Source of the DNA: Marinococcus sp. PL1-022
Lineage (GTDB): Bacteria > Bacillota > Bacilli > Bacillales > Marinococcaceae
NCBI RefSeq assembly: GCF_033845285.1
Contig: NZ_JAWXCX010000001.1
Span: 239,495 to 263,494, forward strand
Reading direction: 5' to 3'
DNA: 24,000 nt
Each line of letters opens with the position of its first letter. The stretch's first letter is position 1. The position numbers and the translations under genes were made by a program. Below are positions 1-7,104 of the stretch, piece by piece. A model generated the notes under the pieces. It saw only the letters and a program-made list of their open reading frames with translations. It searched no databases and was not told the origin of the DNA.

Positions 1-47
1 CGGAGGACATAGAACTTTCCATTCAGCCGGACAAAGAAGCGGTCGAG

Positions 48-683
48 GTGCAGGAAGAAGCTGGAGGTTCCATGTATGAAATAGTGTCGAAGGAACCGAG
101 AGTCTACAGTCAGGCAATTAAAAAGCAGGTATCTCCTTCCACAGGCGAACATATCTCATTTTTAATACTGGTTGCATGGATTCTTTTTTCAGCTTTATGG
201 TCGTGGGATCTGCTGCGGGGCATGACAGTTTTTTCTATCTGGTATTTTGGTATTTTAGGTCCAGGGGCCTTAATAATCAGTTTTTTAATGATTTACGGCA
301 GGTCCATTCAGGCATTTCATTCAAATCGGATGAAACAGGTCTTAAATTATCTTCCTCAGGCGGCAATGCTTGTACTGGTGATTCCCGTGCGTGACCTTAT
401 AACAAATGTACCTGAGGGTGGTCTAGTTCTTCCAGCAGCATTTAAATGGTGGTTCGTGCCAGCTGCAATCATGGCTACTGCCCTGGCGGTCCGGATTCTC
501 CAGAAGAGCTTTCTGCCAGTGTACGCCGTAATTATGGCCTCACTGATTATGGTATGGCTCGTGATCTCTGCGGTAGATCTTTTACCATTTCCTCATAATC
601 TAATTACCTATATTGTACTTGTCGGAGCTGCATTTGCTTATGGTGTCATTATGAATTTAAAGCCGGAGCGTGAGAAAAGTTAG
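48..683 (+). CDS. Polytopic membrane protein, unknown function (5' end uncertain)
   Basis: ORF track 48..683 with a GTG start. Hydrophobic stretches throughout (ISFLILVAWILFSALW, GILGPGALIISFLMIY, LIMVWLVISAVDLL) suggest several TM helices. The frame has no stop between nt 3 and 48, so the gene may start outside the window. Alternatively, ATG at 72 follows GGAGG at 63-67. No family recognised. Confidence 0.5.
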   Translation: MQEEAGGSMYEIVSKEPRVYSQAIKKQVSPSTGEHISFLILVAWILFSALWSWDLLRGMTVFSIWYFGILGPGALIISFLMIYGRSIQAFHSNRMKQVLNYLPQAAMLVLVIPVRDLITNVPEGGLVLPAAFKWWFVPAAIMATALAVRILQKSFLPVYAVIMASLIMVWLVISAVDLLPFPHNLITYIVLVGAAFAYGVIMNLKPEREKS

Positions 684-707
684 TTTCACGCATATTTCCC
701 GGGAAAT

Positions 708-736
708 AAAAAAAGGCCGTCCGCGCGGCCTTTTTT
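708..736. terminator. Bidirectional rho-independent terminator shared by convergent genes
   Basis: A-run 708-714, stem GGCCG (715-719) / CGGCC (726-730), T-run 731-736. It lies between the stop at 683 (+) and the stop at 738 (-). Confidence 0.7.
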
Positions 737-737
737 A

Positions 738-1028
738 TTATGAAAATTCTACCGCCGGCCCGGTTAAAATACCGCTGAACAAGTTGATCAACAGAAGCAC
801 CGTTAAAATAAAAAAGATAAGAAAGCTTATCCGGCTCTGGGCTTTAAAATGAGCCGCCAGGCCAACGCCCCACAGAGCGGTAATAACAAGGCCGGCGTAT
901 ACGTATAACGAAATGCCTCCGCCTACCACAATGGCAGTAACAATTAGAAGAATGTCGGTGGTGATGACGAGTAACAGAGAGATGGCTAAAAGCATGCTGC
1001 TGAACATTTTCATTCTGGCGTCTTCCAT
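738..1028 (-). CDS. Small hydrophobic membrane protein, unknown function
   Basis: 96-aa ORF, almost entirely hydrophobic (about 3 TM segments). AAAGGAG lies about 10 nt upstream of the ATG on the minus strand. The terminator follows directly after the stop. Confidence 0.55.
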   Translation of the reverse strand: MEDARMKMFSSMLLAISLLLVITTDILLIVTAIVVGGGISLYVYAGLVITALWGVGLAAHFKAQSRISFLIFFILTVLLLINLFSGILTGPAVEFS

Positions 1029-1200
1029 ATATATGAGCTCCTTTGCGAAGAATAAACTTCCTTCAATGTATCACAAACCCTATTGGAGAGGAAAATAAGA
1101 AGCAGGAAAAAAATAGTATAGCTGAAGCCATTTAAGTTTAAAGCAGCGGCAAACCGTAGTATATTGGGTAAAATAAAACGAAAAGGAAGAGGGAGCACAG

Positions 1201-1887
1201 ATGAAAGAGGCGCAGCTGATACGTATGAAATGGAGAGACGCATTATTTGCACATTGGGAAAAAGATCCCGTCGAAGTGGCCCGCAGCCTGCCGGATCATA
1301 TGGATGTAGATACGTTTCAGGGAAAAGCGTATGTAGGCGTGGTTTCGTTTTCAATGCATGATATCCGTCCTTTTTTTCTCCCGGGAGGGACAGGGCTGAA
1401 CTTCCCGGAATTGAATCTGCGCACGTATGTACGTGTGGACGGGGTGCCGGGCATTTACTTTTATAATTTGGATGCTTCTTCTCCGCTTGGCGTCTGGATC
1501 GCGCGACGGAATTTTTCTATTCCGTATTACCAGGCACGCTTTTCGATCCGCCGTCATCAAAGCTGGACGTACTGGAATCACCACCGGAGATCCGGGAACG
1601 TACGCTTTCGCGCAAAATACCGGGCGACTGGAGAACAGCTGCCGGCTGCTGCCGGCTCGCTCGAGAACTGGCTTGCTGAAAGATACCGTTTTTATACAGC
1701 GAAAGACGGACAGATTTGGTACGGGGACGTCGTACACGAGCCGTGGGAGCTGTACCGCGGTGAGTATAAAGAGGAAGAAAACGGGCTCCTCACAGCCGGC
1801 GGATTCAGGCAGTCAGACGGCCGTCCCGATCATGTTATGGTCAGCCCCGGCGTGAGTGTGGGTGCTGCGAGACTGCGAAAAAAATAA
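1201..1887 (+). CDS. DUF2071 (YqjF-like) family protein
   Basis: 228 aa. The N-terminal pattern W.DALFAHW...P..V...LP followed by F.G.AYVGVV.F.M and ELNLRTYV fits what I remember of DUF2071/COG3361. RBS AAGGAAGAGGGAG precedes the ATG. Confidence 0.75.
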   Translation: MKEAQLIRMKWRDALFAHWEKDPVEVARSLPDHMDVDTFQGKAYVGVVSFSMHDIRPFFLPGGTGLNFPELNLRTYVRVDGVPGIYFYNLDASSPLGVWIARRNFSIPYYQARFSIRRHQSWTYWNHHRRSGNVRFRAKYRATGEQLPAAAGSLENWLAERYRFYTAKDGQIWYGDVVHEPWELYRGEYKEEENGLLTAGGFRQSDGRPDHVMVSPGVSVGAARLRKK

Positions 1888-1918
1888 GCCTCTGCTGCCG
1901 AATACGGAGCAGAGGCTT
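1878..1918 (-). terminator. Rho-independent terminator of the SDR gene
   Basis: 11-bp stem AAGCCTCTGCT (1886-1896) / AGCAGAGGCTT (1908-1918). The A-run 1878-1884 reads as a U-run on the minus strand. There is no U-run on the plus strand. Confidence 0.6.
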
Positions 1919-1934
1919 AAATACGTTCATGATT

Positions 1935-2675
1935 TTACGGCTGGTCCACCGGACGAACAACAATTTCATTGACGTCCACGTGAGCTGGCTGGGTGAGGGC
2001 ATAGTATACTGCTTCTGCAATATCCTCTGAATTCAGCTGCTGCACGTTCAGTACCGAATCGAACTGTTCCATTACTTCTTTATCCGTAATGGTTTCAGTA
2101 AGCTCTGTATTAACCACTCCTGGAGAGATGGCAGTCGTACGGATGTTAGTCTGGGCTACTTCCTGTTCTAAGCCCATCATAATTGCCTTCACGGCAAACT
2201 TCGTACCACTGTATACGGAGCTGCCAGGGAAGATTTGGTGGGCAGCCACAGAGGATGTGGAAATAATATGGCCGTCGTTGTTTTCAATCATGTGTGGAAG
2301 GATGGCGTTAATGCCGTAAAGAACACCTTTGATGTTTACATCGACCATCTGGTCCCACTCATCGACCTTCTGGTTTTTCAATAAAGACAGCGGCATTAAG
2401 CCGGCGTTGTTAAAGAGGCCGTATACTTTGCCGAAGTGATTTACTGCTTCGCGTCCGAGTTCTTCCATCTGTTCACGGGAAGTAACGTCGGTTTCCTTGA
2501 CGATGATTTCACCAGGCTGATCGGAAAGCTCTTCTTTAATTTCGTTCAGGCGCTCGAGGCGGCGGGCAGCAAGTGCTACATTGGCGCCGTTTTCGACGAG
2601 TTTTTTAGCAGTTGCTCTACCGATGCCGCTGCTTGCTCCTGTAATAATAAATGTTTTACCTTGAAGTTCTGTCAT
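1935..2675 (-). CDS. Short-chain dehydrogenase/reductase (classical SDR) family oxidoreductase
   Basis: 246 aa. Contains the cofactor motif TGASSGIG, NNAG, and the catalytic YSGTK (YxxxK) preceded by a Ser. Confidence 0.9.
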   Translation of the reverse strand: MTELQGKTFIITGASSGIGRATAKKLVENGANVALAARRLERLNEIKEELSDQPGEIIVKETDVTSREQMEELGREAVNHFGKVYGLFNNAGLMPLSLLKNQKVDEWDQMVDVNIKGVLYGINAILPHMIENNDGHIISTSSVAAHQIFPGSSVYSGTKFAVKAIMMGLEQEVAQTNIRTTAISPGVVNTELTETITDKEVMEQFDSVLNVQQLNSEDIAEAVYYALTQPAHVDVNEIVVRPVDQP

Positions 2676-2887
2676 GACGTGTATCGCTCCTTTTTCTTAT
2701 AAGCTGTTTCTGCCATAACGTAGTTACTTTAAAATGATAAGTGGCATCGGAATATATGATACCCGCTGTGAGTTGATTCAATCATCCAATTTTTTCTAAT
2801 GAGGAAAAAATAAAATGAAAGGCGTATGTGACGGGGGACTTCAGGGGATCTGCGAGGCAAATTTTTTTGTTTTTCTGTTTGAAGGCT

Positions 2888-2911
2888 AAAAAACTCCCGG
2901 CTCTTCGCCGG
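2888..2911 (-). terminator. Possible weak terminator of the 2916..3299 gene
   Basis: 5-bp GC stem CCGGC/GCCGG (2897-2901 / 2907-2911). On the minus strand it is followed by GAGTTTTTT. The stem is short, hence the low confidence. Confidence 0.4.
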
Positions 2912-2915
2912 AAGC

Positions 2916-3299
2916 TCAAGACTTCACATGTGGGGGTCTTTTCTTTGGAGTGAAAATAATTTGTACCAAAAGACAGAGGGAAGCGGCCATGATGACCCCT
3001 ATTTCTATGTAATACCAAAACAGTTCACCACTGTTCAGCTGAAACATAGTGACTACACCGATTATCAGCAGGCCGATGCCGACACGGTTCATCCATCTCC
3101 AGCGCACAGCAAAAGCGGCAAACCATTGAATGAATGGAAGGTTAAATACAAGCCAAAGGACAACCGATGCCCCAATGCCGATCAGCCAGTACCCCTGCCC
3201 GATAAACAACTCAGCAGAAAAACGGGCAATGCTGATAATAGGTATATTCATGGCGGCACCTAAAATAATTCCGAGCAAAAATGTTAGAAAACGCCGCAC
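2916..3299 (-). CDS. Membrane protein, unknown function (about 4 TM)
   Basis: 127-aa ORF with four hydrophobic segments and a basic C-terminus (KKRPPHVKS). No family recognised. Confidence 0.55.
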   Translation of the reverse strand: MRRFLTFLLGIILGAAMNIPIISIARFSAELFIGQGYWLIGIGASVVLWLVFNLPFIQWFAAFAVRWRWMNRVGIGLLIIGVVTMFQLNSGELFWYYIEIGVIMAASLCLLVQIIFTPKKRPPHVKS

Positions 3300-3414
3300 G
3301 TCGATTCACCTCGAATGAGTTTCCCGGCCGGAAATATGCCAGGATATTACAAATAATATAACCGCTTATGATACGATGATACATAATCAAAGTGAAGAAA
3401 GGAAGGGTATTTCG

Positions 3415-3744
3415 ATGGCTTCTATTGAAAATTTTCATGACCTGGATATCAGAGTAGGAAGAATTTTACAAATAAAAGAATTTCCAGAAGCGAAAAAGCC
3501 GGCGTATAAGGCGTGGGTCGACTTTGGAGAAGGGGTGGGAGTAAAGCAGTCCAGTGCTCAAATTACAGATCTATATGAAATAAATGAACTCGAAGGGAAA
3601 ACAGTGATTGGTATTGTGAATCTTCCACCAATGAAAATTGCTTCATTTACTTCAGAGTGCTTAATTTTGGGCGTCTATACGGATGAAGGCGTAACTCTTC
3701 TGCAAACAGACCATGAAACGAAGATCGGGGAAAAAATCGGCTGA
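3415..3744 (+). CDS. csaA: tRNA-binding-domain chaperone CsaA
   Basis: From ATG 3415 (RBS GAAAGGAAGGG upstream) the 109-aa product aligns along its length with my memory of B. subtilis CsaA. Shared segments: F..LDIR.G.I...EEFPEA..PA.K..VDFG...G.KQSSAQIT, VNLPP..IA.F.SE.L.LG, and the terminal KIG. Confidence 0.9.
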   Translation: MASIENFHDLDIRVGRILQIKEFPEAKKPAYKAWVDFGEGVGVKQSSAQITDLYEINELEGKTVIGIVNLPPMKIASFTSECLILGVYTDEGVTLLQTDHETKIGEKIG

Positions 3745-3756
3745 GAGGGTGAAGAT

Positions 3757-4611
3757 ATGAAGTATGTTATTACGGGAGCCACAGGTCATCTCGGGGAAAA
3801 AGTAACGGAAGAGCTGCTTGAACTTGTCCCAAAGGAACAGGTGGTCCTGGGCGTGCGCGATCCTGAAAAAGCAGCGGTGTTCAGAGAGCAGAACGTGAGC
3901 ACGGCAAAAATGGATTATTATTCGTTTGATGAGCAGGTGAGCACCTTTCAGGGAGCAGACGTTGTGCTTTACATCCCGAGCATTACGCATCCGTCCGAAC
4001 AGCGGATCAAAGAATTTCAGACTTCTGTTGAAGCAGCGGAGCAGGCTGGGGTAAAGCAGTTTATGTTTATCGGATTCACGGCGGACCATTGGAACAATCC
4101 CTTTCATATGAGTCCGTTTTTCGGCTATGCAGTGCGTCGTATTGCGATGAGCCCGATGGCTGGAACCATTATCCGCAACGGAGTGTATGCGGATCCGCTG
4201 ATTTCTTATACGGAGGAGCTGGTCCGCACCAAAAGGCTCCCTTATCCGGCAGGGAGAGGGGCTATTTCCTTTATTTCTAGAAGAGATCTGGCCAGGGCAA
4301 TAGCTGCCGCAGCCGCAGCGCCCGAAAGACACGGGGGTGTTTACACGCTGACCGGGATACAGGCGTATACGATGGATGAATTGTGTGAACTGCTTTCCAA
4401 CATTACGGGAGAACGCATTCGTTATGAACCAATGGGGGTGCAGGAATTTGCCCGCACATATGATGACGGATCCGGCTTTGGCAGCGTGAATGCTTCGCTT
4501 TATGAAGCGGCCTCCATGGGGCTGATGGGAGAGGTTACTTCGGATGTGGAGAGACTTACCGGAAAGCCGCCGGAAATGCTGCGGTCATATCTCGAGCGGC
4601 ATTTATTATAG
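3757..4611 (+). CDS. NmrA-like / atypical SDR NAD(P)H-binding protein
   Basis: 284 aa. The N-terminal ITGATGHLG Rossmann motif and the length and organisation are typical of the NmrA/YtfG-like family. Confidence 0.8.
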   Translation: MKYVITGATGHLGEKVTEELLELVPKEQVVLGVRDPEKAAVFREQNVSTAKMDYYSFDEQVSTFQGADVVLYIPSITHPSEQRIKEFQTSVEAAEQAGVKQFMFIGFTADHWNNPFHMSPFFGYAVRRIAMSPMAGTIIRNGVYADPLISYTEELVRTKRLPYPAGRGAISFISRRDLARAIAAAAAAPERHGGVYTLTGIQAYTMDELCELLSNITGERIRYEPMGVQEFARTYDDGSGFGSVNASLYEAASMGLMGEVTSDVERLTGKPPEMLRSYLERHLL

Positions 4612-4640
4612 AAAAAGGACACGCAGGCAGCGTGTCCTTT
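4612..4640. terminator. Bidirectional terminator between convergent genes
   Basis: A-run, then stem GGACACGC (4617-4624) / GCGTGTCC (4630-4637), then TTT. Confidence 0.7.
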
Positions 4641-4650
4641 GATCGTTATG

Positions 4651-5460
4651 CTACTCTTTTAGAAAGCGGAGAAGCTCCTGATTGAACTTTTCTTTTTCAT
4701 CGACAAATAGTCCGTGACCGCTGTTTTCGAAAGGAACGACCTTCAGGTCATTGATTCCCTTTTGAAGCTCTCCGGAAAATTCAAACGGGCAGATCTGGTC
4801 GTTTTTCCCGTGAAAGCTTTCGGCCGGAACTGTGATAGAGGAAAGGTCTTCAAAGGAATCTTCATCCCGCAATGCTTTTGCTGAATGGATTGTTGAATAG
4901 CTTCCGGCTTCCATGCCAAGACCATGGAACCATGTTTTAAATACATCAGAAATGTTTTCGCTGCCAAAGAACATGCCGCCGAAATCCTCAAGCATTTTCG
5001 GACGGTCAGTGTTCAGGTTATCGATAATGCCGTCGACGTCTTTTTTCTCCATGCCGTACGGGAAGTTTTCGCGCTGCGTGAAGCTTGGAGCCGCCGGCGC
5101 GAGCAGAAGTAATTTAGAAACTCCCTGCTGTTTATGGCGGGCCATGTAACGAAGAGCAATCGGGCCTCCCATGGAAAAGCCGGCGAGGACGAAATTCTCC
5201 AGTTCCATGGCATCAACGACTCCTTTAACGTCGTCTGCCATTTGATTGTAATCATATCCGCTCCATGGCTTGTCGGACTGTCCGTAGCCGCGGAGGTCGA
5301 TGCCGATAAACCGGTATCCGTGCTTTGGCAGCTCATTGATCTGATATTCGTACATTTTGTGATTAACCGGCCAGCCGTGGATAAAAACGACCGGCTGCCC
5401 TTCACCGATATCCTCAACATAGATATGCACATCTTCTTCTACAGCGACATAATGTCCCAT
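4651..5460 (-). CDS. Alpha/beta hydrolase (non-haem haloperoxidase/arylesterase-like)
   Basis: 269 aa. Contains HGWP (oxyanion region), the nucleophile elbow GFSMGG, a late Asp (GKNDQ) and a His (SGHGLF). RBS GAAGGAGGA. Confidence 0.9.
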   Translation of the reverse strand: MGHYVAVEEDVHIYVEDIGEGQPVVFIHGWPVNHKMYEYQINELPKHGYRFIGIDLRGYGQSDKPWSGYDYNQMADDVKGVVDAMELENFVLAGFSMGGPIALRYMARHKQQGVSKLLLLAPAAPSFTQRENFPYGMEKKDVDGIIDNLNTDRPKMLEDFGGMFFGSENISDVFKTWFHGLGMEAGSYSTIHSAKALRDEDSFEDLSSITVPAESFHGKNDQICPFEFSGELQKGINDLKVVPFENSGHGLFVDEKEKFNQELLRFLKE

Positions 5461-5554
5461 TTAAGCAAATCCTCCTTCACTGGTAAAAAGATAATAATCA
5501 AGATAACTTAAAATACCCTTGTTTCCCGTGTGATAAACTTTGGGCGCTTCATTT

Positions 5555-5574
5555 GACAATGATAATCTTTTTCA
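5555..5574. promoter_or_regulatory. Fur-box-like operator in a divergent promoter region
   Basis: GACAATGATAATCTTTTTC (5555-5573) matches 16 of 19 positions of the classical Fur consensus GATAATGATAATCATTATC. TGATAAT-C-TTTTTCA (5560-5574) matches 12 of 14 positions of the 7-1-7 motif TGATAATNATTATCA. It overlaps TTGACA at 5553-5558. Confidence 0.55.
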
Positions 5575-5653
5575 ATTAATCTGTTGCTAATAAGACAAAA
5601 GGTGCTAATAAAGAAGAACTAATTGGAGGATTGGCTCAAAAAGGGGGCAGGTC

Positions 5654-6394
5654 ATGAGAGGAACAGTCATTTACCATCAGATTATGGACCGCGATGTATA
5701 TGTATACCTGCCTCCGGATTACAGCAGGAACAAACAGAAGCGTTATCCTGTTATTTATGTCCAGGACGGGGCCTATTTATTCCGGGATTCGGGCAGTGTG
5801 TGGGAAGCGCTGATGGAATCCGGATATATGCAGCCGGTAGTAATGGTCGGGGTGGAGCCGAAAAGCCGTATTCATGAGTATACGCCGTGGCCGGCAAAAG
5901 CGCTTTCTTTGCACCTTCCGGATTTCAAGGGGCTGGGTACAGAGTACGCATATATCCTGACTAACGGGATCCGCCCGTATATTAACGAAAAATACCGGGT
6001 AAAAACAGAAGCTGCCCATACCGGGTTGATTGGTGCTTCACTTGGAGGACTTGTTTCAATTTATATTGCCGATTTGTATCCTCACGTATTTCATAAGATT
6101 GGACTGCTCTCTGCTTCTTTGTGGTATGAAGGGATGGGAGCTTTTATTAATGAGAGACTCTCTCTTACCCTGCGCCATTACGTATATCTGTATGTGGGGG
6201 AATGGGAAGGGAGCGGGCAGCCCCTCATTGAGCCCTACATGGTGCCGAGAACGCAGATGATGTATGCACTGCTCCGAAAGCAGCTTGAAAACCAGGTGGC
6301 GCTCCATATAAAACCGAAAGCAATGCACGAAAGAAAGTATTTTATTTCCCAGTTTCCTGCAGCCTGCACATGGTTGTTTCCGCCTATGCATTAG
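5654..6394 (+). CDS. Putative esterase (esterase D / enterochelin-esterase-like alpha/beta hydrolase)
   Basis: 246 aa. The N-terminal V.VYLPPDY....YPVIYVQDG signature of the 'putative esterase' family is present, with nucleophile motif GASLGG. RBS AAGGGGG lies 6 nt before the ATG. Confidence 0.8.
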   Translation: MRGTVIYHQIMDRDVYVYLPPDYSRNKQKRYPVIYVQDGAYLFRDSGSVWEALMESGYMQPVVMVGVEPKSRIHEYTPWPAKALSLHLPDFKGLGTEYAYILTNGIRPYINEKYRVKTEAAHTGLIGASLGGLVSIYIADLYPHVFHKIGLLSASLWYEGMGAFINERLSLTLRHYVYLYVGEWEGSGQPLIEPYMVPRTQMMYALLRKQLENQVALHIKPKAMHERKYFISQFPAACTWLFPPMH

Positions 6395-6434
6395 CGGTAT
6401 AGTAAGAGAAACGGCACATGTGGAGGAGCTGGAA

Positions 6435-6644
6435 ATGGTAGCAGAGTTTTTCTTTCGATCCATACTTATGCCGGCGGTTGTTATTTTCTGTCTGATCTTT
6501 TACTTGACGCTTTTCTGGGTGCATCGAAGAGGAAGGCTCAGCCGGAGTAAAAATAAAAACGCCCGGCAGGCAAAAATTATTCGGAACGGGTTTGTGCTGA
6601 CAGGTTTTCTTGCTTTTATATGGTTTCTTTCGTTCTATATTTAA
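6435..6644 (+). CDS. Small 2-TM membrane protein, unknown function
   Basis: GGAGGAG lies 6 nt upstream of ATG 6435 (the track ORF starts at 6420). Two hydrophobic helices flank a basic loop (HRRGRLSRSKNKNARQ). A terminator follows. Confidence 0.45.
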   Translation: MVAEFFFRSILMPAVVIFCLIFYLTLFWVHRRGRLSRSKNKNARQAKIIRNGFVLTGFLAFIWFLSFYI

Positions 6645-6671
6645 TCACCTGCGCTGCTGCGGGTGATTTTT
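6644..6671 (+). terminator. Rho-independent terminator
   Basis: Stem ATCACCTGC (6644-6652) / GCGGGTGAT (6659-6667, one G-U pair) followed by TTTTT. Confidence 0.7.
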
Positions 6672-6714
6672 ATGTTATGTCAGCAGACAAAATGAAGCAA
6701 AGGGGAGAAAAACA

Positions 6715-7035
6715 TTGGGAAAAAATATTGATCTCGTATTTGGCGGCTACGAACTGCGTATCACAAAAGTATATCAACTGATTTACCATATCAATGACCT
6801 GATGCTTGCTCTTGTTTTTTTAGTTGGGAGCTTTTTATTTTTCTCAGAGACGACCACCTTTTACGGTACCTGGCTGTTTGTGCTCGGAAGCCTGCAGATG
6901 TTTATCCGTCCGGTAATAGCTTTGGCTCACCAGGTCCATGTGAACAAAGTAAGAAAACAGAGAAAAGAGTATGCCGGGCAGCAGGGCACGCGGGCTGTCC
7001 GTGTCCGGAAAGGGAGCCGGACCTATAAGCTGTAG
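6715..7035 (+). CDS. YrhK-like small membrane protein
   Basis: 106 aa with a TTG start after AAAGGGGAG. Two GS-containing helices (LVFLVGSFLFF and WLFVLGSLQMFIRP) resemble the YrhK-like domain as I remember it. Confidence 0.5.
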   Translation: MGKNIDLVFGGYELRITKVYQLIYHINDLMLALVFLVGSFLFFSETTTFYGTWLFVLGSLQMFIRPVIALAHQVHVNKVRKQRKEYAGQQGTRAVRVRKGSRTYKL

Positions 7036-7104
7036 CCAGAGAGGGCGTCTGGAACTGACTTATGTTAAAATATGGCTGTAGAAATGGAGAACGGAGGGGA
7101 AAAC

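Noticed and set aside
670-852. 60-aa plus-strand ORF reading through the terminator into the antisense of the 738..1028 gene
   Set aside because: It spans a strong bidirectional terminator, and the basic, low-complexity translation has no RBS.
1010-1354. 114-aa minus-strand ORF overlapping the promoter and 5' end of the DUF2071 gene
   Set aside because: It overlaps the start of one well-supported gene and the AT-rich intergenic region, and has no RBS or motif.
2815-2889. 24-codon ORF (MKGVCDGGLQGICEANFFVFLFEG) with a GAGGA 9 nt upstream, in the intergenic region between two minus-strand genes
   Set aside because: It is too short to support from sequence alone. It sits where the minus-strand SDR promoter and the neighbouring gene's terminator are expected, and there is no plus-strand terminator after it. 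It would need ribosome profiling or conservation evidence.
3661-4332. 223-aa ORF antisense to the csaA 3' end and the NmrA-like gene
   Set aside because: There are no motifs and the composition is Arg/Cys/His-rich. It spans two convincingly coding plus-strand genes and their intergenic RBS.
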